Below, piece after piece: positions 27,301-39,300 of a stretch of 64,000 nt of DNA (position 1 is the first letter of the stretch; each line of letters opens with the position of its first letter). Made by a program: the position numbers and the translations under genes. The stretch spans positions 62,001-126,000 of the forward strand of contig JAQGDQ010000424.1 of NCBI GenBank assembly GCA_030141605.1, in the 5' to 3' direction. The DNA is from Tubiluchus corallicola. Lineage: Eukaryota > Animalia > Priapulida. Under the pieces are notes generated by a model. That model worked only from the letters and a program-made list of their open reading frames with translations. It had not been told where the DNA came from and did not search any database.

Positions 27301-30300
27301 ATTACTTAATTACTTAATTACTGGTACGGATTATGCAAAACAAGGTATCATTGATAAATCTTTAGAGCTGATGTCAACATAGCGCGATCTATTATCTTCC
27401 TACCATTTCCATTAACACATCCTTCTACCCTTCCTGTGTGATCTAACCTTTGTCTGTAAAGTGAGATAGCTAATTGCCTCATTGTCTGTGAAGTGAGATA
27501 GCTAATTGCCTCATTGTCTGTGAAGTGAGATAGCTAATTGCCTCATTGTCTGTGAAGTGAGATAGCTAATTGCCTCATTGGTTGTGAAGTGAGATAGCTA
27601 ATTGCCTCATTGTCTGTAAAGTGAGATAACTAGTTGCCTCATTGTCTGTGAAGTGAGATAACTAGTTGCCTCATTGTCTGTGAAGTGAGATAGCTAATTG
27701 CCTCATTGTCTGTAAAGTGAGATAACTAGTTGCCTCATTGTCTGTGAAGTGAGATAGCTAATTGCCTCATTGTCTGTAAAGTGAGATAACTAGTTGCCTC
27801 ATTGTCTGTGAAGTGAGATAGCTAATTGCCTCATTGTCTGTGAAGTGAGATAGCTAATTGCCTCATTGTCTGTGAAGTGAGATAGCTAATTGCCTCATTG
27901 TCTGTGAAGTGAGATAGCTAATTGCCTCATTGTCTGTAAAGTGAGATAACTAATTGCCTCATTGTCTGTGAAGTGAGATAGCTAATTGCCTCATTGTCTG
28001 TGAAGTGAGATAGCTAATTGCCTCATTGTCTGTAAAGTGAGATAAATAATTGCCTAATTGTCTGTAAAGTGAGAGAGCTAATTGCCTCATTGTCTGTGAA
28101 GTGAGATAGCTAATTGCCTCATTGTCTGTAAAGTGAGATAACTAGTTGCCTCATTGTCTGTGAAGTGAGATAACTAATTGCCTCATTGTCTGTAAAGTGA
28201 GATAAATAATTGCCTCATTGTCTGTGAAGTGAGATAGCTAATTGCCTCATTGTCTGTAAAGTGAGATAACTAGTTGCCTCATTGTCTGTAAAGTGAGATA
28301 ACTAGTTGCCTCATTGTCTGTAAAGTGAGATAACTAGTTGCCTCATTGTCTGTGAAGTGAGGTAACTAAGTGCCTCATTGTCTGTAAAGTGAGATAGCTA
28401 ATTGCCTCATTGTCTGTGAAGTGAGATAGCTAATTGCCTCATTGTCTGTAAAGTGAGATAACTAGTTGCCTCATTGTCTGTAAAGTGAGATAACTAGTTG
28501 CCTCATTGTCTGTAAAGTGAGATAGCTAATTGCCTCATTGTGTGTAAAGTGAGATAACTAATTGCCTCATTGTCTGTGAAGTGAGATAACTAATCGCCTC
28601 ATTGTCTGTAAAGTGAGATAACTAGTTGCCTCATTGTCTGTGAAGTGAGATAGCTAATTGCCTCATTGTCTGTGAAGTGAAATAGCTAATTGCCTCATTG
28701 TCTGTGAAGTGAGATAGCTAATTGCCTCATTGTCTGTGAAGTGAGATAGCTAATTGCCTCATTGTCTGTAAAGTGAGATAACTAGTTGCCTCATTGTCTG
28801 TGAAGTGAGATAGCTAATTGCCTCATTGTCTGTGAAGTGAGATAGCTAATTGCCTCATTGTCTGTAAAGTGAGATAAATAATTGCCTCATTGTCTGTAAA
28901 GTGAGATAACTAATCGCCTCATTGTCTGTAAAGTGAGATAACTAATCGCCTCATTGTCTGTAAAGTGAGATAACTAATTGCCTCATTGTCTGTGAAGTGA
29001 GATAGCTAATTGCCTCATTGTCTGTAAAGTGAGATAACTAGTTGCCTCATTGTCTGTAAAGTGAGATAACTAATTGCCTCATTGTCTGTAAAGTGAGATA
29101 ACTAGTTGCCTCATTGTCTGTGAAGTGAGATAGCTAATTGCCTCATTGTCTGTGAAGTGAGATAGCTAATTGCCTCATTGGTTGTGAAGTGAGATAGCTA
29201 ATCTCCTCATTGTCTGTAAAGTGAGATAAATAATTGCCTCATTGTCTGTAAAGTGAGATAAATAATTGCCTCATTGTCTGTAAAGTGAGATAACTAATCG
29301 CCTCATTGTCTGTAAAGTGAGATAACTAATTACCTCAAGACTTTTAACATTAATTTTTCATACAGCATGCGAGGCTATTAAGTTTAATCTAGGTTATATT
29401 TGTCAAGACTAACCTTCATTGAACCTCTCATCGCTGGTGCTTTTTGTTATTAAAAACATCAATTTTTGTAGCATTTTTTTACCAGATTTCTTAAATGTGA
29501 ATGTTGCTTAATGTGTTTGCTCTAGACGAAAGTGGTAGTGAAGGAGACAGCAATGAGAGCACGAGCTCCTCATACTCGAGCCTTTCCGACTTCGTGACGG
29601 ACATGATGAACAGCGAAATTAACGGCGAGACGCCAGGTAATTGGACACCTACGTGTTGCACTAGGCTTTGTAATTCAACTGGTAATTAAAGCTGAAATGT
29701 CAGGTGTTCACTTGTGGTTTTCTGCTTTAATCATTTCTGTAATTAATATTGTAACTGCAGTTGTGTCCCTGTAGTTCTAAGTATTGCTTGGGTAAATTTT
29801 CAAATGCTACTAGTGAGCAGTACAACTGTACTGTACATTCTACAACTATTTACCGTAAGGGGTATAGCTAAGTGGTCAGCGTGCACTTAGTTGAAGTTAA
29901 ATAATGCCAAGCCCGCTCAGTAAGTGAGTGGTGATTTGGTGAGTTACCGTACTGCTTTTCTGTAGTTCCTCATTGAGAGAGGGCATATTTTTTAATCGGG
30001 ATGTGCAAAATTACCTCTGTTGGTTCAGTGGCTCATCTTGGAGGATCCTCCTTGATAATCAGATTGGTTTTAAACCTGCTACATTGTCTATACTAAGTAG
30101 GTTTTGCCACTGAGTGTTGGATTCCCCGCATGTGGTGTGTTAAACTGCATAAAAAATCATCTGCTAATATTCTGAAATCTTGTAGATCTTGCACGTCCAT
30201 CTTTAACCCTTTCACTACGGAAGGTGGCACACTGCCGCCTATGTTTTTCATGCAAGAGACGGAAGGTGGTGGTCTACCGCCCGAGCTCAGCACTAAGCGC

Positions 30301-33300
30301 AGTCACCCAGGTCTGTTTATTTCACTGCTACAGCCATGCAAGACATTGTTAGAAAAGTTTAATAGCTGTGGGATTGTGGTTGCTTCACAACAAGTAACAC
30401 TAACCAGCCAATCAGCATCTGAAGCCAGGTGCATTCCATAATACTGTACTGTACAGTATGTTCCCAAGCAAAATCACTTGTAGATCATTGATAAAACGTA
30501 TGTTTAGTTGATTGTACTGCATTCTTATAAAATGATTGCATTTTATGGATTAGTATTGTGTCTGTTGTGAAAACTGGTTTCTAAATATAAGTACATGCTT
30601 ATTTATGATGTGCACGTGTGTGTGTGTGTGTTGTGTGTGTGTGTGTGTGTGTTGCGTTGTGTGTGTGCGTGTGTATGTGGGGCAGTTAAAAAGTAACTAC
30701 TTATTGAAAGGGTTAAAAAATTATCCTTAAAGAAGCCAAATTTTTTATTCATTCTACTTAATTTTTGCTATTGTGTTTTGTTTGGGTGAATATTTTGCTT
30801 TTCAGTGAATTGTAATCTTATTCTTACAGTTATCTACCACGACGACAGTCAATTCACCGACCCGGCAATCTACCAACCCCCGTCGTCGCTCCAGATTCCC
30901 GGTCAGATGGTTTCCAGTTCGGACTCCGCGTTCTCTATACCGGAGTCTGGCTCCATGTCGAATTCCAGTTCCCGCTCATCCCTTTCTAGTCCCTCGTTCA
31001 TTCACGATCCCGACGGAGACTTAGCAAAGGTGGCGGAGATGGCGACGACGACGATGTTTCAGAATCCTGCCTTCCGTGCCACACGCGTAAGTTTCTTGAT
31101 TCCTCTTAGTACTGCAAAGTCATTTTAGGCAATTTTTGTAGAATTTAACGATTTCAATTCAGATAATCTTGCACTGAAAATGTTGAGCAGGTATTATTAC
31201 CTATCAAATTGCTTGTTAACTTAATGGTCTTTGGCGGGAGTTACAAATGTTTCGTGTTGTGTGTTACTTGTAAAAAGCTTTTATTTGCCAGTTTTGCATT
31301 TTTGCTCTTATTTTTGTAGATCAAAACTTTTACTGCAATTCATTATTTTAATTTTGGAAATTTACTTTTTTGGAACTTGCCACTTTTTTCCAGATTTGCC
31401 ATTTGTAGAAATTTACGAATTTTTCTTTTTTTAAGGTTTTTCATTTTGTTAAAAAGATATTTTTTTCTTTGTAATGTTGCAAAAAGTTTTTGAACTTGGT
31501 TTTTTCTTTTTTCGTCAACTTTTGGTCAAAAAAAATTTCACAGTTTTCTATAGGAAAACCGGATGATTGTTTAGACTCAATCTAATTTTAATTTACTGTT
31601 CAAAATATACATTTTCTTGTCTATAAAAATTAGCGATTGTTTCTTATATTTGAATAATTAGCTTAGAAAGTTAATTAACAGCAACCGAACACAGCTATTG
31701 CTTACATCAGAAACTAACCACAGTTTGTGCAATGGCAGGCATCTTTCTTTGTGCGTCAAGCACGTTTGCGTGAGTGTTACTGTTTAAACGCGTGATGTCA
31801 CGAAAATGGGCTCTACGTCATATGACGTCAGAAACTAACACTGCAGTTCATGATCACGGTTATCACGGTGCCGCCTTTTATTTGTCGGCCACGCGAATGT
31901 GACAAAAAGGCGCTGTTGCCAATCTTAGTAGATTCACTGAGCCGCGCGTAGGTTTGAAAGTTTAACAAAATTTGAGTATCTGAGGTAATTATTGTTTAAT
32001 CTAAGCTTTGATTTAAAATAAGCTATTGTAGTTTTCAATATTTTAGAGCATTCTTTAGTCTGAACTAATGTTTACACAATCGTCTGGTTTTCCTTTAACA
32101 AACGCCCAAATTTTTCGCAAAACAAAATATCTTTATTTACATAGACATGTATGTATTGTTGTGTCTCGTTTCAATGCCATACTCGTTTAATGCCAACTTT
32201 GTCTGGAGTCTCAACTTAGGCGAGGAGGTTTAAGGAGGTTTGACTGCATATGATTTTTTTTTGGTTTATTTGTTTGGGGTTTATTAAAGCTTTTTCCTAT
32301 GTTCCTTTTTCGAAGTTTTCAAATTTTTTTAGAGGAGTAATAGTAGAGAAAGACATGATCATAATTTTAGCGGTACTTATTTTATTACTATCCAAGCGCT
32401 TTTGCCGACTGATGCCATCAATAGGGAACATGCCTTCCCTGATAATGGCGTTGCTTTCTGAACGTGTTTGGATCATAATAAGTATTCAATGCATCACTAA
32501 CTGTTGGTAATGTTTGTTACTCAATTCAAATGGGTTCTGTGTCTCCTTTTTTGTAACTGTTACATGCAATACATTGTGTAATGTATAATGTATCAATCTA
32601 ATTCGAACTATGCATATAAGAAAGCTTATTTAATATGCTTCACATTTGTGGTATCGTAGATACATAATAAAATCAAAAACTGTGATCACAAGACTACATC
32701 ACAATAAAACATTTTTTATAGCTGCAAGATACGAAACAAAAACTGAACGTACATGTGGCATTCAGCGGTGACAGCAGCAGCAGCAGCAAGTAGTAGTATT
32801 GTTGTAGTAAAATAACGTTTATTCTTGAAATTTGCATTAGCAATCCCTTCAAATGTTACATAACATTTTTTGCATTTTCAAAAATACACTTGGAGCATTT
32901 TAACAATTCGAGATGTGCACCGCGGGTAATCTATGTACCCTAGTAGTAAGCGTAATTACGGACAGTTAATAAGCTAGATTAAAAATACATACAAGTACAA
33001 AGCAAAACTTCCATATATAAGTATGTATCGTCAAACTTACTGATGAAATTATAGTTTTCAACATTACACAGATTAATACTGTTACATTGCCACGAGTTGT
33101 AAAGTGTTGACTTCTGACGGGGTTGGTCATTTCAGTGTTTCTTGCAGACGCCGTCGAGCGGTAGCGATCACGAAAGCGACAGTGCTGCATATACGGAATC
33201 GGACGCTCCGTCGACCATTTGTCCCGGTCATGTCTCACGAGGGTCTTCCCAACATTCTACAGACACGTCGTTGGGTCGTTCCGGGTGAGTGCTGCAATAA

Positions 33301-36300
33301 TCAAATCCGGAAACCGATTACTTTATGCGCAATTCTAATACTGTTTGCAACTTAACTTGATTTAACTTGTTTCATTTGTTATTTGGAATAATAAATTTAA
33401 AGGAAGACAGGATGATTTTTTACATACTCCCCCATTTTCAAGTCCGATAAAAAGTATACATTTTAACACAAGTTATACTGCAAAAGCATTTCTTATATAT
33501 AAATTATTGATTAGAAACTTAATTAACAGCAGGCGAGCCCCCCAACTAGTGATGACATCACAAACTAACATAATTTTCAAAGGCATCAATAACATTCAAA
33601 GACATCAATAACGTTGCACGTGTTTGTGAAAGCAAAAATTGAAGTGCAGTACTACTGTAAGATATTCAGTGTGGTGTACTAAAACTAGGCAAGTTTTAAG
33701 ATAAAAGTTCAAATTTCAAATTTACCCCTGTGCTCACGTATGAGCTGTCGAACATGTGTAGTTCATCACAAACTAACACACCTGAACTGAGAGGTACAGC
33801 ACCTGTTTTTTGTGCAATGCGTTTCTGAAATGCAGGCGCTAGTGCCCGCCTAACTAGGGAATGGTAAAATGCATCTAACAGTGAAGAACTAGTGGCACGA
33901 ACGTGAAATTGTGTTTGTGTGATAATAATTCTTTCGCGTAACGACAGAAGTCAAATTAGTTTCTCATTTTAATTTAACTAACACTCTTGCTGTGTTGAAT
34001 TGATAAGTTTTACCTAATTATTACACCTGGTTACCCTTTCATCTCAAAATTTGATTCGCATGAGTTGTGCCAAATCAAGCTTTCGTGTCATAAATCACGT
34101 TCGCAGGATGTCTCAATTTTCAAAAATCACGAACACCGCTGGCTGAGGAAAAATTGCAGAATTTGATTTCTTGGTGCCTGGATTTTGCATTAAAGTCACT
34201 CGAGCTCAGCGACATTAATCCCCCCCGGAGAATAGATCGTTGAAGAACAAGCCGATTTATCATTTGTGCAATTTAATAGTCAATTTCTCACTTTTCCAGT
34301 GCAAAAAGCTTTGTTGCATTGTTAAAGTGGTTGTTTTCTTAGTAAAGTGGACGGTTTGAAAAGAAACCTTCATCTGCAGACGTCGTTCAGGCTGTTATTT
34401 GTTTGACAAGCAATAGGCTGAAATAAACAATCACAAATGTGTGCAGAATAAACATTCTTGTTATCTGTATATGTGTCAGTTATTAATGAAGTGCTGCTTT
34501 TCATTTGTCAAACCTTTGTGGTGTGTTGAGCTAATATCTGCTTTTGCAATACATTGCATTTTTTGTGCGCTCGTATTTTTAAAACGTAATGAAAACTGCC
34601 ATCGTCCAAACATCATTTTTGACCATGGCGCTTTGCGTTATTCAAAGAAGACTGATGTTCGCCATCAGCTTTGTTAACATTATTGGAATTTTTCGTAAAC
34701 AGTCGAAGGCATTGATTTTTTATTCTGGCGATTACTTGCGTTGTCGCCTGAAGCTTATGCTTGAGGTTTAGATGCCGAAGCTGAGTCAGTTGCTACTACA
34801 TCAGCTGACGCACACAGTAAATCAGCTAGCTTGGCTGAAGCTGAATCAGTTGCTACTACATCAGCGGACTTACACAGTAAGTCGGCTAGCTCAGCTGAAG
34901 CTGAGTCAGTTGCCTCTACATCAGCTGACTTACACAGTAAATCAGCTAGCTCGGCTGAAGCTGAGTCAGTTGCTACTACATCAGCTGACTCACACAGTAA
35001 ATCATCTAGCTCGACTGAAGCTGAATCAGTTGCTACTACATCAGCTGACTCACACAGTAAATCAGCTAGCTCGGCTGAAGCGGAGTCAGTTGCTACTACA
35101 TCAGCTGACGCACACAGTAAATCAGCTAGCTCGGCTGAAGCTGAATCAGTTGCTACTACATCAGCTGACTCACACAGTAAATCAGCTAGCTTGGCTGAAG
35201 CTGAATCAGTTGCTACTACATCAGCGGACTTACACAGTAAGTCGGCTAGCTCAGCTGAAGCTGAGTCAGTTGCTACTACATCAGCTGACTCACACAGTAA
35301 ATCAGCTAGCTTGGCTGAAGCTGAGTCAGTTGCTACTACATCAGCTGACTTACACAGTAAATCATCTAGCTCGACTGAAGCTGAATCAGTTGCTACTACA
35401 TCAGCTGACTCACACAGTAAATCAGCTAGCTCGGCTGAGGTTGGCTTACAGAATAAATCAGCTAAGTCAGTTAAACCTCAACACAAGCTAACTGTAATGT
35501 GTATTTAATTTTGGATTGACCAGTGTTCTCGTTCAAAAATTTCTGAAGTATCTCTGCCAGCACACGCATGGTCTGACCACGAATCCACGATTCATTTGCC
35601 ATATTTCAACCAGTGATTTGCAGTGTCAAGTGATTACCGCAAGAGCAAAAAATTTCACAGCCAGTCAAAATGTCGGCTAGCTTGACTCCCATCACTGAGC
35701 GACTGGCACGACTAAACATGGGTTTCTTATCAGCTTGGTTGACTGTAGAAATAAACCGGCTCGAGTTGAGCTGAAACGGTGCAGCTCTGGGCTTTATTGA
35801 TGTCGCATTTAGCTTTTGTAAGTTGTTAAAACTACAAAATGTTCTTTATCAAGACGAAATGTTGGGATATTCTGAGAGATTGAATAAGAACAGTTCAAAC
35901 AATTATGTCTGTTGTTATGAAGCTTATAACCAAGAAGCGCACAGAAAGCACAGATATTAGTGTCACCATTTACACACCTTAATGTCTAACAAGAAGAGAA
36001 CAACACACGTTTAAAATGTCAGGAAGTATTTCACGGAAAAAAGTCAAGCGAGAAAACTTATTAGTTCAGTACAGCATTAGATTCATCTAACTTTTGGTAG
36101 TTTTTATTGGCTAACAGAACAAATTTTTCCACATAGTTCTTCCACGCCCGATCCAGATCGGAGGGTTCGGCAGGTGTGCAGCGATTTAGAGTCGACCGGA
36201 TGTCCTAGTCCCGTCCCTGCCGGCGTGACCTCCCTCTCCCAAGGAGCGACCCCACCCCCCGGAGTCAGTGATGGCCAGCGTGAAGTCGGCATCATGTCGA

Positions 36301-39300
36301 CTATAAGTAGCGAGTTGAACGGATACGCAGCGACAACGTCGAACCTTCTCAATGACTTATTCGGTGGTGAGTTTTGCCGTAAAACTGATCCGTATCTGAT
36401 TGTACGTCCGTTCGTCAGTCCACATTTCCAACTATCACCCTATCCCACTTAATCTTCTGCTCCTGCCTGATTCTTATAGCCAAGCATTAACCAGTCGTTT
36501 GTTCCTTGCCTTGGCCCTCTTATTCAGCCATATCTGTGTACAATTTAACAGGTTTTTTTACTATTGTGCGTTTGATCCTGCTTTTGTTCCTTGCCTTCGA
36601 CATATTATTCAGCCATATCTATGTATTAAAGAGGTTTTTCTGCTGTTGTGCATTTGATCCTAAGGTAGTGTAGAGCTGCGTTGAAATTTTTTTTTGCTTT
36701 TTCCTGCTTTCCCGACTTTCTTTGTGGGCTTGTAGTTTAGACCTCGTTTCTCATTGCTAAATGTAACTCTAAACTTCATTTAATGTTTAGCGGTTAGTTG
36801 CTATGTGGTGCTGTCTGTCTTTACATCATAGATTTAAATATTGCATGTGCACAGAGAGAGATTGCTGGACTCCCACAAAATGAGACAAACATTGGGTGTC
36901 ATGTTGTAATACAAATTCTCTGGTATGCTGGGTGGTAAACAATGGGTGTCATGTTGTAATACAAATTCTCTGGTATGCTGGGTGGTAAACAATGGGTGTT
37001 ATATAGTAATACAAATTCTCTGGTCTGCTGTGTGGTAAACAATGTGCATCATGTTGTAATACAAATTCTCTGGTCTGCTGTGTGGCAAACAATGTGCATC
37101 ATGTTGTAATACAAATTCTCTGTTCTGTTGTGTGGTAAACAATGGGTGTCATATTGTTATACAAATTCTCTGTTCTGCTTGGTAAACAAATGGACACCAT
37201 TTTTGTACAATGCAAAAACTGTATTGTATTGTTGGGCAAAAACAGTAACACACTTTTTGACTCCTTGTTCGATATGCAGGCTAGCAATCTCTGTACTGTG
37301 CAAGCATCGTACTTAATCTATGCTTACACCAGTTTTTCTTTAACTAAAGAACAGGTACTTCAAGGAATTTTGTTCTTAATTCTCTTTAGATGGTGTTTTG
37401 TGCATGTCACTAATTACATATTTTATTCAACGGTTGAAAAAATTTTACGTTTTTCAATTCTGACTTTTTTCTCAGACTTAAATAGAATGTTGCTCCATTT
37501 ATGTACCTTTCTTCATTTGCTGTACAAGTTTGGCATTGTGCCAATGTTCAGTAATTGTTTTTTCTTTAAGATGTTGTGAGAGAATTTATGTCATTGGTTA
37601 ATATGAGGGCATACTTTTAACCAGTGGCGGCTCGTAGTTAAAATTAGTGGAGGCGATGCTTCTTTAACCATTGCTTTAATACTGTGTAAAACCTAACAAA
37701 CATATGTAATTTTAATGTATACGGAGATTGGTTGTTGAACAGCCTCCTTTCTTAACTGCAACTTTCTCATGGAGAGACAACTGTGAAAAATTAAGCTGTT
37801 GTAGTTCACTTACAGCCACAGAACTTATTTCTTGGGGATGCCAGGCGTCCATTATTAAATAATTTATGTTTTAAGCGCACACGCTAAGTTTACACTTTAT
37901 CACATCTGAAAATATCACGGTACACGGTAAGCACGTGGCAATTGTTACTGGGTTCGAGACAGTACTCTTCTACCTAGCAGCAGATGCTAGCGTGTACGTA
38001 TGTGCGTATGACCGCATGCGCACAACAGCCAAACATCACATTGCTTGGGCTGTGAAGCAAATTGTACTTCCCTCGCGTACTTCAGTTCTGCACAAGTAAA
38101 AAACAACTAAAGAAGAAAGACTTCTATATATTGAATATTATTGATAATAATGAGTGAAAACGGGGTGCTGCAATACCACAGTACCTATACTCGAGCCGCC
38201 ACTGGTTTGCAGTGTGATGAACTGTTTTAAAAAACGTTTTTAAAAAGCAGATTTATTAGAAGTTTTGTTAAATACCCAAAATAAATTGACTATGCAGCAC
38301 CACGTGAGTAAAATTGAGATTGCTTTTAGGTTCGCCTAGTCCTCGCCAGGTGCCTCCACAAGCACGGTATCGAGAAAGGCAGCCGTTTGCACCGTTTCCG
38401 AAAGCCAGCAGAAAGTTGGCGGCCAAGTCGAGTCTAGTTCAGCCGAGAGCGATGCGCGCTGCTGCACATCAGCGTCGACGTGATTTGCAGAAGCAGCATT
38501 CGTTAGAGGCGCGCAGCAACGTGCAAAGGTTTGAAAATTCGCTTATTTGTTCTGTTTTTGTCCAATTGTGTATTTCAGCAATATTTGTGACATCATTATC
38601 AAAATGTTGTTTTGCTGTGTTTAATGTGCACTGTAGCTATATCCTTTGAAACGATGCATACTTAATTAACAAAATCTTTCTTTCTCCCTTTGGTTCCATT
38701 TCAATTTAAAAATATTTATTTACATTACAGGCCTTAAAGGACAAGAAAACGGGTAACTGAAGTAGGTTTCAGAAAAATTGCCTTGAAGAATTATATTACT
38801 TTTAACAATTTTATGTGAATATCGTACTCGCATTGAAAGGATTTTTTGTTTGTTTTCATTTTAAATCTCCCACAATACTCTTCCAGCGCCGCCATTACGT
38901 GATGTCATATACACAAACGTAAATCAGGGGAAGAAAAGGAAATGTTAAACTATGTCCTAAATTTCCATGCAAAGTTATATTACTTAGCATTTTACTTACC
39001 TGCTGGAAAGACTTATGTAACTATAAAAGAAAATTATTAATTATTCAAAATGTTTTCACCAATTGGTAAAATGTCGTTGAACAATTCACTAACCGGAATA
39101 GTTTTAATCTTATTGACAATTTTAAATTTTAAATTTAGTTTGTGACGTTTGCACAACGAATGCTCTGATTATTTTTTCAAACTTTACTCAGTGTTATCTA
39201 AACTTGTTTCAAATGACTCATCATCAAAATGGTTGACAAGTTTTATACAGCGTTACTGTCGACGCAAGTCTAATGTGCAAAAAGGCAGTATGTAGGTGGT

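Noticed and set aside
27450-29336. 32-bp array (and the 47-bp and 45-bp arrays) as CRISPR arrays
   Set aside because: Head-to-tail units with no unique spacers, no cas genes, and a spliceosomal eukaryotic context.
30130-30441. Similar short ORFs at 18599, 30130 and 46230 ([14 protein letters not shown]) as a gene family
   Set aside because: They are three copies of the same piggyBac-like MITE, and the ORF boundaries are not conserved.
32220-32530. Possible Penelope GIY-YIG remnant on the minus strand
   Set aside because: Too degenerate to support without a profile search.
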